The notes beneath the pieces were generated by a model. It was not told the DNA's origin. It did not search any database and saw nothing but the letters and a program-made list of their open reading frames with translations. Below, piece after piece: positions 9,587-18,941 of a DNA stretch of 32,000 nucleotides. How positions within the stretch are numbered: position 1 is the stretch's first letter; each line of letters starts with the position of its first letter. The DNA comes from Erysipelothrix inopinata (lineage in GTDB: Bacteria; Bacillota_I; Bacilli_A; Erysipelotrichales; Erysipelotrichaceae). Made by a program: the position numbers and the translations under genes. The stretch covers positions 660,001-692,000 of the forward strand of contig NZ_CP060715.1 in the NCBI RefSeq assembly GCF_014396165.1. The letters are read 5' to 3'.

Positions 9587-10225
9587 CTAAGTGTTTGATT
9601 TACGAGTTTCCGTGATGATTTTACGAATCTTTTGAGCGTTGGAAGAAATTTCTTTAGAAGTTCCTGTTGTGAGAAGTCCTCCGAAACCACAGACATCGGT
9701 TCCATTGAGGATCCATGTTTCTAGGTTATCAAGTGTGATACCTCCACTTGCAAGAATTGGCATATCTGGGAGTGGTGTTTTAAACACCTTAGTAAGTTTT
9801 GGTCCATAAAAGTCTGAAACAGGGAATGCTTTGATAAACGTAGCACCTAATGATAGAGCATCCACAGCTTCTGTTAGGCTTGTACATCCTGGTGCATAGG
9901 GTATTTGATATCGATTGCAAATCTTCGCAACTTCTTCACTGTAGGTAGGTGCGATGATGAACTCTGCCCCATGAAGAATTGCGTGGCGCGCTGTTTCTGA
10001 ATCCAATACTGTTCCGGCACCTACGCAAAGTTGTGAACCGAATTCGTCTTTGAGTCCTTTGATAATATCGCCAGCACTGTTTAGTGTATAACTCATTTCC
10101 ATAACAGGGACACCACCATCAATACAACCGTTTGCGATTTCGATAGCGCGTGATAGTGACTCGGTTCTTACGATGGCAAGAGCACCAACATCATACATAA
10201 ATTTAGTTGTGGTTAATTTTTTCAT
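9587..10225 (-). CDS. eda: KDPG / 4-hydroxy-2-oxoglutarate aldolase (Eda family)
   Basis: The start at MKKLTTTKFM follows RBS aaggagaa (internal to track ORF 9587..10342). GAGTVL, the Schiff-base lysine context FIKAFP and SGGI are present; length is 212 aa. Confidence 0.85.
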   Translation of the reverse strand: MKKLTTTKFMYDVGALAIVRTESLSRAIEIANGCIDGGVPVMEMSYTLNSAGDIIKGLKDEFGSQLCVGAGTVLDSETARHAILHGAEFIIAPTYSEEVAKICNRYQIPYAPGCTSLTEAVDALSLGATFIKAFPVSDFYGPKLTKVFKTPLPDMPILASGGITLDNLETWILNGTDVCGFGGLLTTGTSKEISSNAQKIRKIITETRKSNT

Positions 10226-10406
10226 ACAGTAGTTCTCCTTTATATTTTCATTATATCGAGACCCAAGCGGAGCGCAACACTTGGAGTCATGAACCCAAAA
10301 TATCAAAATGTCATTAGAGCCACTAATACAAAGGAATAACAAACATTAATTCAGAGTTTGTTTAATCTTTGTCAAAGTTGTGTACAAAAGTTGGACTCTA
10401 ATTGTT

Positions 10407-10435
10407 TTGAACCGCTTTCAGATGTGTCTTACAAT
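10407..10435 (+). promoter_or_regulatory. candidate promoter of the ascorbate-family PTS operon
   Basis: The -35 is TTGAAC (10407-10412), the spacer is 17 nt and the -10 is TACAAT (10430-10435). The -35 overlaps a near-cre element, TTGAACCGCTTTCA. Confidence 0.4.
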
Positions 10436-10468
10436 GTGGTTGTAATGAAAGAGATAGGAGTGATACAG

Positions 10469-10909
10469 TTGTTGGAACTAATAACCAAAGATCTAATTCA
10501 GCTTAATATTGAAGCGACAGATCGTGAAGATGCGATTCGCAAGGCAGCGCAGCCTTTGGTAGAAGCAAACAAAATTACAGATTCCTACGTTGATGGAATT
10601 ATCAAATCAATGAAAGAATCAGGACCATATTTTGTCATTATACCTCATGTTGCCATGCCCCATGCTAGACCTGAAGAAGGTGCATTGGAAAATGCAATCG
10701 GCATTACAACATTAAAAACTCCTATTGAGTTTATGAATGCAAGTAACGATCCCGTCAAATATGTTCTAACGTTAAGTGCAACAGGTAATGACGAACACTT
10801 AGAAACGTTAGCAAGCTTGGCAGAGCTCGTTGAAGAAGAATCATTCTTCGAACTTCTTGATAAAGCGACATCAGCACAAGAAGTTATTGATTATTTAAAA
10901 GAAAGATAA
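10469..10909 (+). CDS. PTS EIIA, ascorbate/mannitol type (UlaC-like)
   Basis: GPYFVIIPHVAMPHARPEEG carries the phosphorylatable His context found in UlaC. The TTG at 10469 lies 8 nt after AGGAG. The ATG at 10445 has no RBS and would sit at the predicted TSS, and the track start at 10358 is unlikely. Confidence 0.85.
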   Translation: MLELITKDLIQLNIEATDREDAIRKAAQPLVEANKITDSYVDGIIKSMKESGPYFVIIPHVAMPHARPEEGALENAIGITTLKTPIEFMNASNDPVKYVLTLSATGNDEHLETLASLAELVEEESFFELLDKATSAQEVIDYLKER

Positions 10910-10921
10910 GGAGGAAATACT

Positions 10922-11200
10922 ATGTATAAAGCATTAGTAGCTTGTAGAGCAGGAATGGGATCAAGTATCCTATTGAAGATTAAAGTTGATCAAGTCATTA
11001 AAGAAAATGACTTTCCAATTGTGACAGAACATGGAAATCTTGATTCACTGATTGGATTTAATGGAGACTTAATCGTTACAATGGAAGACTTAACTGAAGA
11101 ACTTAAAGATAAAGTTAAGTACGCAGTAGGGATTCGTAACATTGTCGATAAAGATGAAATTAAAGAAAAACTAGAAGCATATTTAGAAACTCAAAAATAA
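10922..11200 (+). CDS. PTS EIIB, ascorbate type (UlaB-like)
   Basis: The 92-aa product has an N-terminal VACRAGMGSS active-site Cys loop. The RBS is aaggagga. Confidence 0.85.
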   Translation: MYKALVACRAGMGSSILLKIKVDQVIKENDFPIVTEHGNLDSLIGFNGDLIVTMEDLTEELKDKVKYAVGIRNIVDKDEIKEKLEAYLETQK

Positions 11201-11229
11201 TATAAAAGGGAAAGAAGGAGGAGTAAAAA

Positions 11230-12516
11230 ATGATTGATGCATTACTTGGTCAGGTTCGAAATACGGCTTTAATCGTCGGACTTGTGGCTTGTATTGGTTT
11301 ATTACTACAAAAGAAATCCGCACAAGATGTAATTTCAGGAACAGTAAAAACAATTCTTGGATTTATGATCTTCAATATTGGTTCAGCAGCCTTATCTGGT
11401 GTTGTTAATAACTTCTCGGCATTGTTTAATGCTGGGTTTGGAATTGATGGGGTAACAACTCAGGTTGAAATTGCGACGAGTTTGGCACTGAATACCTATG
11501 GTACTGAAGTGGCTCTCGTATTCGTATTAGGATTTGTATTTAACTTAATTATTGCGAAATATACTCGATTTAAAGCTATTTTCTTAACAGGACAACATTT
11601 CCTATACTTTGCATGTGTTCTTGCACTTGTATTTATCGGAGTTGGCGCACCAACTTGGGTAACAATTATCGCTGGTGGATTTATTCTTGGATTCTGTGGA
11701 GCAGCATTACCTACACTCTCACAACCATACATGAACAAAATCACTGGTACAGATACATTGGCAATGGGTCACTTCAATAATATTGGATACGCATTCTCAG
11801 GATGGATTGGAAAATTCTTTGCAAAATCAAAAGAAGCTTCTGAAAAGAATCCACCTAAATTACCTAAATTCTTTGAATTATTCCGTGACTTCGTATTCTC
11901 AGTTGCACTCTTCATGGTTGTATTATTCTATATTGCTGTGATTGCTTGTGCTGTAAACGGAAAACTTGACATGGTTAAAGAAATGGCTGGAAACGATATC
12001 TGGTTTATCTATCCATTCTTACAAGGTCTCCAATTTGCAGCTGGTATGAGCGTACTTATCTACGGTGTTCGTCAATTTATCGCTGAAATTACAGCAGCAT
12101 TCGTTGCTATCTCTGAAAAATATATTCCTAACTCAAAACCAGCGGTCGATTGCCCTGCAATCTTCCCATTTGCACCTAACGCTGTAATCATTGGTTTCAT
12201 TGGATCATTACTTGGAGGATTCTTCGGAATGTTCTTAATGGTTATGTTCAAGAGCCCAGTTATTATGATTCCTGCAGCCGGTATTTGTTTCTTCTCTGGT
12301 GGTACAGCTGGTGTCTTCGGGGATGCATACGGTGGATGGAAAGGTGCTCTTGTAGGATCATTCATCATCGGTATTGGATTGGTTCTCTTACCACTTATCC
12401 TATATCCTGCATTCGCTGACTTAGGTATTATGGGAGCATCATTCCCTAATATTGATTACAACATTATTGGTGGATTACTTTACAAGATTATTTCATTCTT
12501 TAAAGGTCTATTCTAA
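11230..12516 (+). CDS. PTS EIIC, ascorbate family (UlaA/SgaT-like)
   Basis: The 428-aa polytopic membrane protein has UlaA-like composition and length. The RBS is gaaggagga. Confidence 0.88.
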   Translation: MIDALLGQVRNTALIVGLVACIGLLLQKKSAQDVISGTVKTILGFMIFNIGSAALSGVVNNFSALFNAGFGIDGVTTQVEIATSLALNTYGTEVALVFVLGFVFNLIIAKYTRFKAIFLTGQHFLYFACVLALVFIGVGAPTWVTIIAGGFILGFCGAALPTLSQPYMNKITGTDTLAMGHFNNIGYAFSGWIGKFFAKSKEASEKNPPKLPKFFELFRDFVFSVALFMVVLFYIAVIACAVNGKLDMVKEMAGNDIWFIYPFLQGLQFAAGMSVLIYGVRQFIAEITAAFVAISEKYIPNSKPAVDCPAIFPFAPNAVIIGFIGSLLGGFFGMFLMVMFKSPVIMIPAAGICFFSGGTAGVFGDAYGGWKGALVGSFIIGIGLVLLPLILYPAFADLGIMGASFPNIDYNIIGGLLYKIISFFKGLF

Positions 12517-12523
12517 AACAATA

Positions 12524-12562
12524 AAACCTAAGAACAAGGATCCCTTGTTCTTAAGGTTTATT
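12524..12562 (+). terminator. strong intra-operon hairpin / probable leaky terminator after EIIC
   Basis: The core stem is 11 bp, TAAGAACAAGG atc CCTTGTTCTTA. AAACC/GGTTT extends it with one bulge, and it is followed by TTTATTT. Confidence 0.55.
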
Positions 12563-12596
12563 TGGGGGACATAAAAAAGAGAGTTGAGGATTAAAA

Positions 12597-13196
12597 ATGG
12601 ATCAAATAGATAGTTATTTAGATATAGTGTTCGATGAATTGAACATTTTAAAAGAATCGATTGATAAAGATGCCCTTAATAATGCGACATCACTTATTTT
12701 AGATTCTGAATCAAAAGGTGGTAGAGTTCATGTTACCGGTATTGGGAAACCTAGTTATGTGGCAGGATATGTAGCATCACTACTCTCATCAACGGGAACA
12801 CGTTCTTATGTTCTTCATGGTACAGAAGCTGTCCATGGAAGTTCGGGACAAGTTGCTCCTGGCGATGTTGTTATTGCAATTTCAAATAGTGGAGAAACAG
12901 TAGAATTAAAAGGTACAGTTGAAACTCTATTAAATAATGGTGCAAAAATCATTGCCGTTACAAGATCAGAGTCATCTTGGCTAGCACAACATGCAAATGT
13001 AACGTTGAAAGCTGGTGTTAATCAAGAAGGTGATAACTTGAACAAGCCGCCTCGTGCATCAATTTTGGCAGAGATGATTGTATTACAAGTATTATCCGTT
13101 CTTTTGCAAAATGAACGTCAACTTAATTCTCAAGAATACTTGAAGTGGCATCCAGGAGGAGCTTTGGGTGCATCAATTAGAAATGAGGAAAAATAA
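12597..13196 (+). CDS. KpsF/GutQ-like SIS-domain sugar-phosphate isomerase lacking CBS domains (arabinose-5-phosphate isomerase-like)
   Basis: GIGKPS..STGT..HGTEAVHGSSGQVAPGDVVIAISNSGET resembles KpsF (GMGKSG..HPGEAAHGDLG..VVIAISNSGES). The protein ends just after WHPGGALG, the point where the CBS pair of KpsF would begin. Confidence 0.8.
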   Translation: MDQIDSYLDIVFDELNILKESIDKDALNNATSLILDSESKGGRVHVTGIGKPSYVAGYVASLLSSTGTRSYVLHGTEAVHGSSGQVAPGDVVIAISNSGETVELKGTVETLLNNGAKIIAVTRSESSWLAQHANVTLKAGVNQEGDNLNKPPRASILAEMIVLQVLSVLLQNERQLNSQEYLKWHPGGALGASIRNEEK

Positions 13197-14077
13197 TGGA
13201 AATTAAAGGAATTATACCAGCAATGGTAACACCCATGGATGAGAATCAAAAAGTAGATGTGGAAGCAACACATAGACATATAGACTTTCTTATTAGCAAA
13301 GGTGTCCATGGATTATTTATTTTAGGAACTAACGGTGAGTTCCACGTTCTTAATAAACAAGAAAAAATTGATTTTGCTAAGATTGTGGTAGACTATACTC
13401 AAGGACGTGTCCCTGTTTATGCAGGTGCTGGAGCATGTGGAACTCAAGACGCAATTGAACTCGCACAAGGCCTTGAATCAGTAGGTGTTGATGCTTTATC
13501 AGTTATTACACCTTACCTTATCAAAGTAAGCCAAAATGAGCTTGTTGACCATTATAAGATGGTTGCGAATGCCGTTAAGATTCCAATTATTTTGTATAAT
13601 ATTCCTGCAAATACAGGTATTAACATTGATCCTGAAACAGTAGCACAACTTATTGATGTTCCAAATATTCTAGGAATTAAAGATAGTAGTGGAAACATGG
13701 AAAATACCCAAGGTTATATTGACTTAGGGAAAGATCACGACTTCAGTGTCCTCGTCGGATCTGATTCTAAAATATTAGAAGGCTTAAAACGTGGCGCAGT
13801 GGGTTCAGTTGCAAGTACAGCTAATGCGATTCCAGAACATATTGTTGGAATATACGATGCCTTCCATGCAAATGAAATAGAAAAAGCAGAACAAATGCAA
13901 AAAGATGTCGACTACATTCGTGCAGTGGGTAAATTAGCAACTGTTCCATCGATGATTAAACGTTGTGTCACTGTTCGTGGCAACAATGTTGGAGAAGCAC
14001 GCTTCCCAGTAAGTGCTGTGGGATCCAAATTTGATCAAGAAATTAAAGAAATGTTTGCTGAATACGGAATACAATAA
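13196..14077 (+). CDS. DapA/NAL-superfamily class I aldolase (2-keto-3-deoxy-sugar-acid aldolase-like)
   Basis: GTNGEF, YNIPANTG and the Schiff-base Lys in GIKDSSG (KDG-aldolase/HOGA-like rather than DHDPS GIKEATG) are present. The ATG overlaps the SIS gene stop (TAATG). Confidence 0.82.
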   Translation: MEIKGIIPAMVTPMDENQKVDVEATHRHIDFLISKGVHGLFILGTNGEFHVLNKQEKIDFAKIVVDYTQGRVPVYAGAGACGTQDAIELAQGLESVGVDALSVITPYLIKVSQNELVDHYKMVANAVKIPIILYNIPANTGINIDPETVAQLIDVPNILGIKDSSGNMENTQGYIDLGKDHDFSVLVGSDSKILEGLKRGAVGSVASTANAIPEHIVGIYDAFHANEIEKAEQMQKDVDYIRAVGKLATVPSMIKRCVTVRGNNVGEARFPVSAVGSKFDQEIKEMFAEYGIQ

Positions 14078-14087
14078 TTGAAAGGGG

Positions 14088-16175
14088 TTGTTGGATTTGG
14101 ATAAAGATATTATTCAACTAATACGAAAGCTCGTTAATCGTTCATTTATGACATTAACAGAGATTCAAAACGAAACAGACGCTACGAAGCGCCAAATTAT
14201 GTATCGCTTAGAAAAGTTAAATATTTTGATAGAAGACAACAACCTTATTCCAATTACAATTGGAAATCAAAAAGAATTCATCATTACGAATGATACACGT
14301 GATTTTCTCGTGGAATTTTTGTATGAAATCAATGACGACATTGATTACTATTTTGACCGCGAAGAACGTAAGATTTACATTTATTTACGTTTGTTTGTAG
14401 ATCGAGAATATGTATCCTTACAGCATTTCATATCAACACTTCAAATCAGTAAGTCGACAATTATTCAAGATATTAATGAATTGAGTCACGAGTTGAAAGA
14501 ACAAAATATTGTGTTGAAAAATGATCGTACTGAAGGATACTACCTTGAAGGTTCAGAAATGAACATTCGACGTTTCATGATGAAACTACTTATTTATTCA
14601 ATTTCTGAACATCAAAATACATTGGTTTTTGATAAGTTTGTTAATGATCTTCATCTATCAACGTTTGATTATTCAAAATTAATTATTCAAGAACTCGCGG
14701 AAACTTACGATATATCGTTCGTCGAAGATCGATTAACAGAATTTATTTATATTTATATTTTCTTATCGACACGTATTATTGAGGGAAGGCACGTAAATCC
14801 TAATGCTTACAACATGCCTAACCTTGAAATGATTCAAACATTTAAAGAATACAAATTTACAAATGCACTCATTGATTACTTCCCAAATAAAGAATGTATT
14901 AGTGATCTTGATCGCAAATACATTAGTTCATGGATTTTAGGAATATCAGTAGGTAATGTTGAGGATATGACCGAGGATTGTTTAATCATTGGTCAACTTG
15001 TTGGAAAAATCATGACGCGATTTGAACTGTTAAGTGGGGTTCACTATCGTGATTCTGAGACGATTTTCCGTCATATTTTTTCTCACTTCAGACCAGCCTA
15101 TTATCGTCTGCTTTTTAAGCTTCCAATTTACAATCCTTTAAAAAATAGAGTTATAGACGAGTATAATGGTCTTTATCTTCTGGTTAAAGAAACCATGAAA
15201 CCATTCGCAAGTATTTTTGGTGAAGAGATTAATGATGACGAATTAGCATACCTAACGATGCATTTTGCATCGGTATATACTGCGAAACGTGAAGAAGAAG
15301 TTATTCGACGTAAAAAAGCGTTGATTGTATGTTTGAATGGTATTGGATCATCAGTTATCCTATATTATGAGCTTAGTAGTCTCTTCCCTGAGCTTGAATT
15401 CCAATATCCGATCGAAGTTTCGCAATTTAATATTGATGAGTATCCAGCTGATATTGTGTTTACAACTCAATATTTCAGAGGACTTAGAAATCTACCAATT
15501 CCTGTCATTAAGGTAAGTCCCATCATGGATGCTTCTGAACGATATAGTGTATTTAGAGAAGTCAGTACACAGCTCAATTTCGATGGATCCAAACATCCAT
15601 CATATGATGAGATATCCACAATTTTAAGAAAGCACGTGGGTCATGTAGAGCAAGAACAACAACTCATTCATGAGTTAATGAGTGTCTTCTTACAAATACC
15701 GACGTCAATTCAACCTGTTGCTGAAGAAGCAATCACATTGAGAAGTATTATTTCAGAGGATTTGGTGTCACTTAAAGTTGATTCTCAAACTCCGGAAGAA
15801 GTATTACAATTATCCGGTGATTGTTTACTCAATGCGGGGATGGTAACTCAACAATATGTGGATTCAGTATTATCAATCCAAAAAATGAATCCAACGTATT
15901 ATGTAATTGCCCCTCACATTGCACTTCCGCATACAACGCCAACCAAAGGGGCGTTGAAGCTAGCAATGGGAATCACAACGCTTAAAACTCCCATTTACTT
16001 TGGGAATAATGAAAAAGATCCAGTTAAATATGTTTTCTATCTCTCCGCAATTGATAATGAAAGTCATATTGGTGCTATGACTGAACTTCTGGAACTTATG
16101 AATGATGAAAAATTCCTATCACTCTTAGACGAAACTGAAGATGTTCAAGAAGTTCTTGACTACATTGCTCTTTAA
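14088..16175 (+). CDS. PRD-domain transcriptional activator, MtlR/BglG family (HTH-PRD-PRD-EIIB(Gat)-like-EIIA(Mtl)-like)
   Basis: The 695-aa protein has an N-terminal HTH region and central PRD-like repeats. The EIIB-like loop is ALIVCLNGIGSS (Cys present). The C-terminal EIIA-2 domain is YYVIAPHIALPHTTP...DPVKYVFYLSA. The TTG start follows aaagggg. Confidence 0.85.
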   Translation: MLDLDKDIIQLIRKLVNRSFMTLTEIQNETDATKRQIMYRLEKLNILIEDNNLIPITIGNQKEFIITNDTRDFLVEFLYEINDDIDYYFDREERKIYIYLRLFVDREYVSLQHFISTLQISKSTIIQDINELSHELKEQNIVLKNDRTEGYYLEGSEMNIRRFMMKLLIYSISEHQNTLVFDKFVNDLHLSTFDYSKLIIQELAETYDISFVEDRLTEFIYIYIFLSTRIIEGRHVNPNAYNMPNLEMIQTFKEYKFTNALIDYFPNKECISDLDRKYISSWILGISVGNVEDMTEDCLIIGQLVGKIMTRFELLSGVHYRDSETIFRHIFSHFRPAYYRLLFKLPIYNPLKNRVIDEYNGLYLLVKETMKPFASIFGEEINDDELAYLTMHFASVYTAKREEEVIRRKKALIVCLNGIGSSVILYYELSSLFPELEFQYPIEVSQFNIDEYPADIVFTTQYFRGLRNLPIPVIKVSPIMDASERYSVFREVSTQLNFDGSKHPSYDEISTILRKHVGHVEQEQQLIHELMSVFLQIPTSIQPVAEEAITLRSIISEDLVSLKVDSQTPEEVLQLSGDCLLNAGMVTQQYVDSVLSIQKMNPTYYVIAPHIALPHTTPTKGALKLAMGITTLKTPIYFGNNEKDPVKYVFYLSAIDNESHIGAMTELLELMNDEKFLSLLDETEDVQEVLDYIAL

Positions 16176-16230
16176 ACCAACGTCAATAAGATCAAACTCC
16201 CATCAAGAGTGGTGGTATTTATTCCCAGGA

Positions 16231-16258
16231 AAAAGACAGCTTATGCTGTCTTTTATTC
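16231..16258 (+). terminator. rho-independent terminator after the regulator gene
   Basis: The stem AAAAGACAGC / GCTGTCTTTT has loop ttat, and the T-run continues after it. Confidence 0.85.
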
Positions 16259-16377
16259 GTTTGGACATAGAAATGAACATAACATATAAAATTTCCTAAG
16301 TCATAAACGCTAACCTTGGTGCGTTGATATAAAATTTAATGTTACAATAAATATAAATAGTGAAAGAGAGAGGTAGT

Positions 16378-17559
16378 ATGGAAAATTTAAAAGAAAAATC
16401 CCTAGCCTTACATAAAGAGTTAGAAGGAAAAATTAGTGTTGAAAATAAGATGGATGTCACATCTTTAGAACAATTAAGTCTCTTATATTCACCTGGAGTT
16501 GCAGAGCCTTGTTTGGAAATTAAAGAAGATGTGGAAAAAGCATATGAATATACTTGGAAAGGCAACACAGTGGCTGTTGTTAGTAACGGGAGTGCCGTTT
16601 TAGGACTTGGTAACATCGGACCTGAAGCAGGACTACCAGTTATGGAAGGAAAAGCAATGTTATTCAAAGCTTTCTCAGGTCTCAATGCGATTCCGCTTGT
16701 GATTGATGCGAAGAAACCTGAAGAAATTATTTCGTTTTGTAGAATGCTTGCACCAACAGTGGGTGGTATCAATCTTGAAGATATTAAAGCGCCAGAATGT
16801 GTTTATATTGAACAAACATTAAAGAAAGAACTAAATATTCCAGTATTTCATGATGATCAACACGGAACTGCAATCGTTGTTGTTGCAGGACTTATCAACG
16901 CATATCGACTCATGAACAAAGATTTGAAAGATGCGAAAGTAGTTGTATCTGGAACAGGAGCTGCAGGAAGTTCAATCATTCGTATGCTTCATACATACGG
17001 TGTTAAGAAAATTTATGCAACAAACAGTCTTGGAGTCATCAACAAGAAATTCGCAGATGAGTATAACTTTGTAGTTCATGAGCTTTGTGACTATCTTTCA
17101 GATTTAGATGGAGAAAAAACACTCGCAGATTGTATGAAGGGTGCTGATATCTTTATTGGAGTTTCACTTGCTAATTTAGTATCAAAAGATGATGTACGTA
17201 GTATGAATAAAGATGCTGTCGTCTTCGGACTTGCAAATCCAAATCCAGAAATTCCTTATCCAGATGCAAAAGAAGCAGGTGCACGTATCGTTGGAACGGG
17301 TCGTTCAGATTATCCTAACCAAGTTAACAATGTTCTTGCGTTCCCAGGTATTTTCAAAGGAGCATTGTCAGTACGTGCAAGCCAAATCAACGAAGAAATG
17401 AAGATCGCTGCAGCCGAAGGAATTGCGTCCTTAATTTCTGATGAAGAATTAAGTGAAGAATTCATTATTCCAAATGCATTTGATCCACGAGTTGCTGATG
17501 TTGTAGCAAAAGCAGTTGCTGATAAGGCAATTGAAACAGGAGTCGCTAAGGAGGACTAG
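16378..17559 (+). CDS. NAD(P)-dependent malic enzyme (short, about 390-aa type)
   Basis: The start MENLKEKSLALHKE follows RBS gagagg. LSLLYSPGVAEPC, the VVSNGSAVLGLGNIG, FHDDQHGTA and GTGAAG dinucleotide motifs are present. Confidence 0.9.
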   Translation: MENLKEKSLALHKELEGKISVENKMDVTSLEQLSLLYSPGVAEPCLEIKEDVEKAYEYTWKGNTVAVVSNGSAVLGLGNIGPEAGLPVMEGKAMLFKAFSGLNAIPLVIDAKKPEEIISFCRMLAPTVGGINLEDIKAPECVYIEQTLKKELNIPVFHDDQHGTAIVVVAGLINAYRLMNKDLKDAKVVVSGTGAAGSSIIRMLHTYGVKKIYATNSLGVINKKFADEYNFVVHELCDYLSDLDGEKTLADCMKGADIFIGVSLANLVSKDDVRSMNKDAVVFGLANPNPEIPYPDAKEAGARIVGTGRSDYPNQVNNVLAFPGIFKGALSVRASQINEEMKIAAAEGIASLISDEELSEEFIIPNAFDPRVADVVAKAVADKAIETGVAKED

Positions 17560-18927
17560 ATGTCAACAATCAAAGATATTTATGGAAGTATTGAAATACC
17601 TGAAGGTGTTTATTGGGGAGCTAACACGCAAAGAAGTCTTCTTAATTTTCCAATCGGTGTGGAGAAAATGCCAGAAGATTTGATTGATGCGCTTGTCATT
17701 TTAAAGAAAGCAGCGGCTGAGGCAAACCTCAAACATAACAAATTAGATGAACCACGTGCACATGCAATCATGAATGCATGCGATAGAATCTTGACAGGTG
17801 AGTACTACGATCAATTTCCACTTGCCATTTGGCAAACAGGAAGTGGTACCCAAACTAATATGAATGCGAATGAAGTTATTGCTAATATGGCGAATGAAGC
17901 ATTGGGCGAGAAACTTGTTCATCCTAATGATCACGTTAATTGTGGCCAAAGTTCCAACGACGTCTTTCCAACTGCCATGCATATTTGTACCGTTGAGATA
18001 TTGAAAAATAGACTTATTCCAAGTATGCATTCAATGGATAGTACATTCTCTATTCTGAGTGAAAAGTACGGTTCAATCCTCAAAACAGGACGAACACACC
18101 TTCAAGATGCAACACCGATTTCTTTTGGACAAGAAATCAGCGGATGGCAATATATGTATGTTGAAGGTATTAAGCAAATTGAAGATGCACTCGTTTATTT
18201 ACGAAATCTTTCAATAGGTTCTACAGCAGTAGGAACGGGATTAAACACTTATGAAGGATTTGACCAAGAGGTATGTAACATTCTTAATAAATATTTAGAA
18301 GAAAGTTTTAAACCAACGCCTAATAAATTTCATGCAATGAGTACCAAGGATGCGTTCGTATTCAACCATGGCGCTCTGAATGCTATTGCAAGTAACTCGA
18401 TGAAAATGGCTAACGATATCCGTTGGTTAGCGAGTGGTCCACGATGTGGATTGGGAGAAATAAATCTGCCTGCAAATGAAGCTGGAAGCTCTATTATGCC
18501 AGGGAAAGTAAACCCAACACAGTGTGAGGCACTGACGATGACTTGCGTACAAGTTATGGCGAATAACCAAGCTGTTGTGATTGGATCCTCACAAGGGAAC
18601 TTTGAACTGAATGTGTATATGCCATTAATTATCTATAATACATGGCAATCGATTGTTCTATTATCAGATGCTCTAAATTCATTTAACGAACGCTGCTTGA
18701 GCGGTATCACGGTTAATGAAGATAAAATGGAAACCAACCTTACAACCTCCCTCATGACTGCTACATTTCTAAACCAAAGATTTGGATATGATGAAACAGC
18801 TAAAATAGTGAAAGAAGCTCACCAAGAAGGCTTAAGTATAAAAGATGTAGTTGTTGGGCATGACCTTATGACTTCGGAAGAATTTGATGTATTCTTTGAT
18901 TATCAAAAGATGATTAAGCCCGAATAA
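17560..18927 (+). CDS. fumC: class II fumarate hydratase
   Basis: The signature GSSIMPGKVNPTQCEA, TGSGTQTNMN and HPNDHVN.GQSSND are present. The ATG directly abuts the malic enzyme TAG. Confidence 0.95.
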   Translation: MSTIKDIYGSIEIPEGVYWGANTQRSLLNFPIGVEKMPEDLIDALVILKKAAAEANLKHNKLDEPRAHAIMNACDRILTGEYYDQFPLAIWQTGSGTQTNMNANEVIANMANEALGEKLVHPNDHVNCGQSSNDVFPTAMHICTVEILKNRLIPSMHSMDSTFSILSEKYGSILKTGRTHLQDATPISFGQEISGWQYMYVEGIKQIEDALVYLRNLSIGSTAVGTGLNTYEGFDQEVCNILNKYLEESFKPTPNKFHAMSTKDAFVFNHGALNAIASNSMKMANDIRWLASGPRCGLGEINLPANEAGSSIMPGKVNPTQCEALTMTCVQVMANNQAVVIGSSQGNFELNVYMPLIIYNTWQSIVLLSDALNSFNERCLSGITVNEDKMETNLTTSLMTATFLNQRFGYDETAKIVKEAHQEGLSIKDVVVGHDLMTSEEFDVFFDYQKMIKPE

Positions 18928-18941
18928 AGAGAGGTGATACG

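Noticed and set aside
10226-10342. N-terminal 39-codon extension of the Eda ORF in the track
   Set aside because: The extension has no similarity to Eda proteins. The internal ATG at 10225 has a strong RBS and gives the canonical 212-aa length.
10407-10420. TTGAACCGCTTTCA considered as a cre site in front of the ascorbate-family PTS operon
   Set aside because: The right half (CG-CTTTCA) is perfect, but the left half is one base short (TGAAC-CG instead of TGWAAN-CG). This is suggestive only and is not called as a feature.
11496-12368. Minus-strand ORFs 11496..11744 and 12072..12368
   Set aside because: They are antisense shadows inside the EIIC gene. The same reasoning applies to the small ORFs inside typA (2954-3139, 3787-4056, 3843-4043), rmuC, the patatin gene, the ATPase gene, fumC, the Lac EIIC, the M42 gene, cutC and the transglutaminase-like gene (30644-30841, 30803-30997, 31300-31605).
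16296-16772. 158-aa minus-strand ORF
   Set aside because: It lies entirely antisense to the well-supported malic enzyme gene and its upstream region. The Ser/Pro/Ala-rich mirror composition is typical of antisense artefacts.
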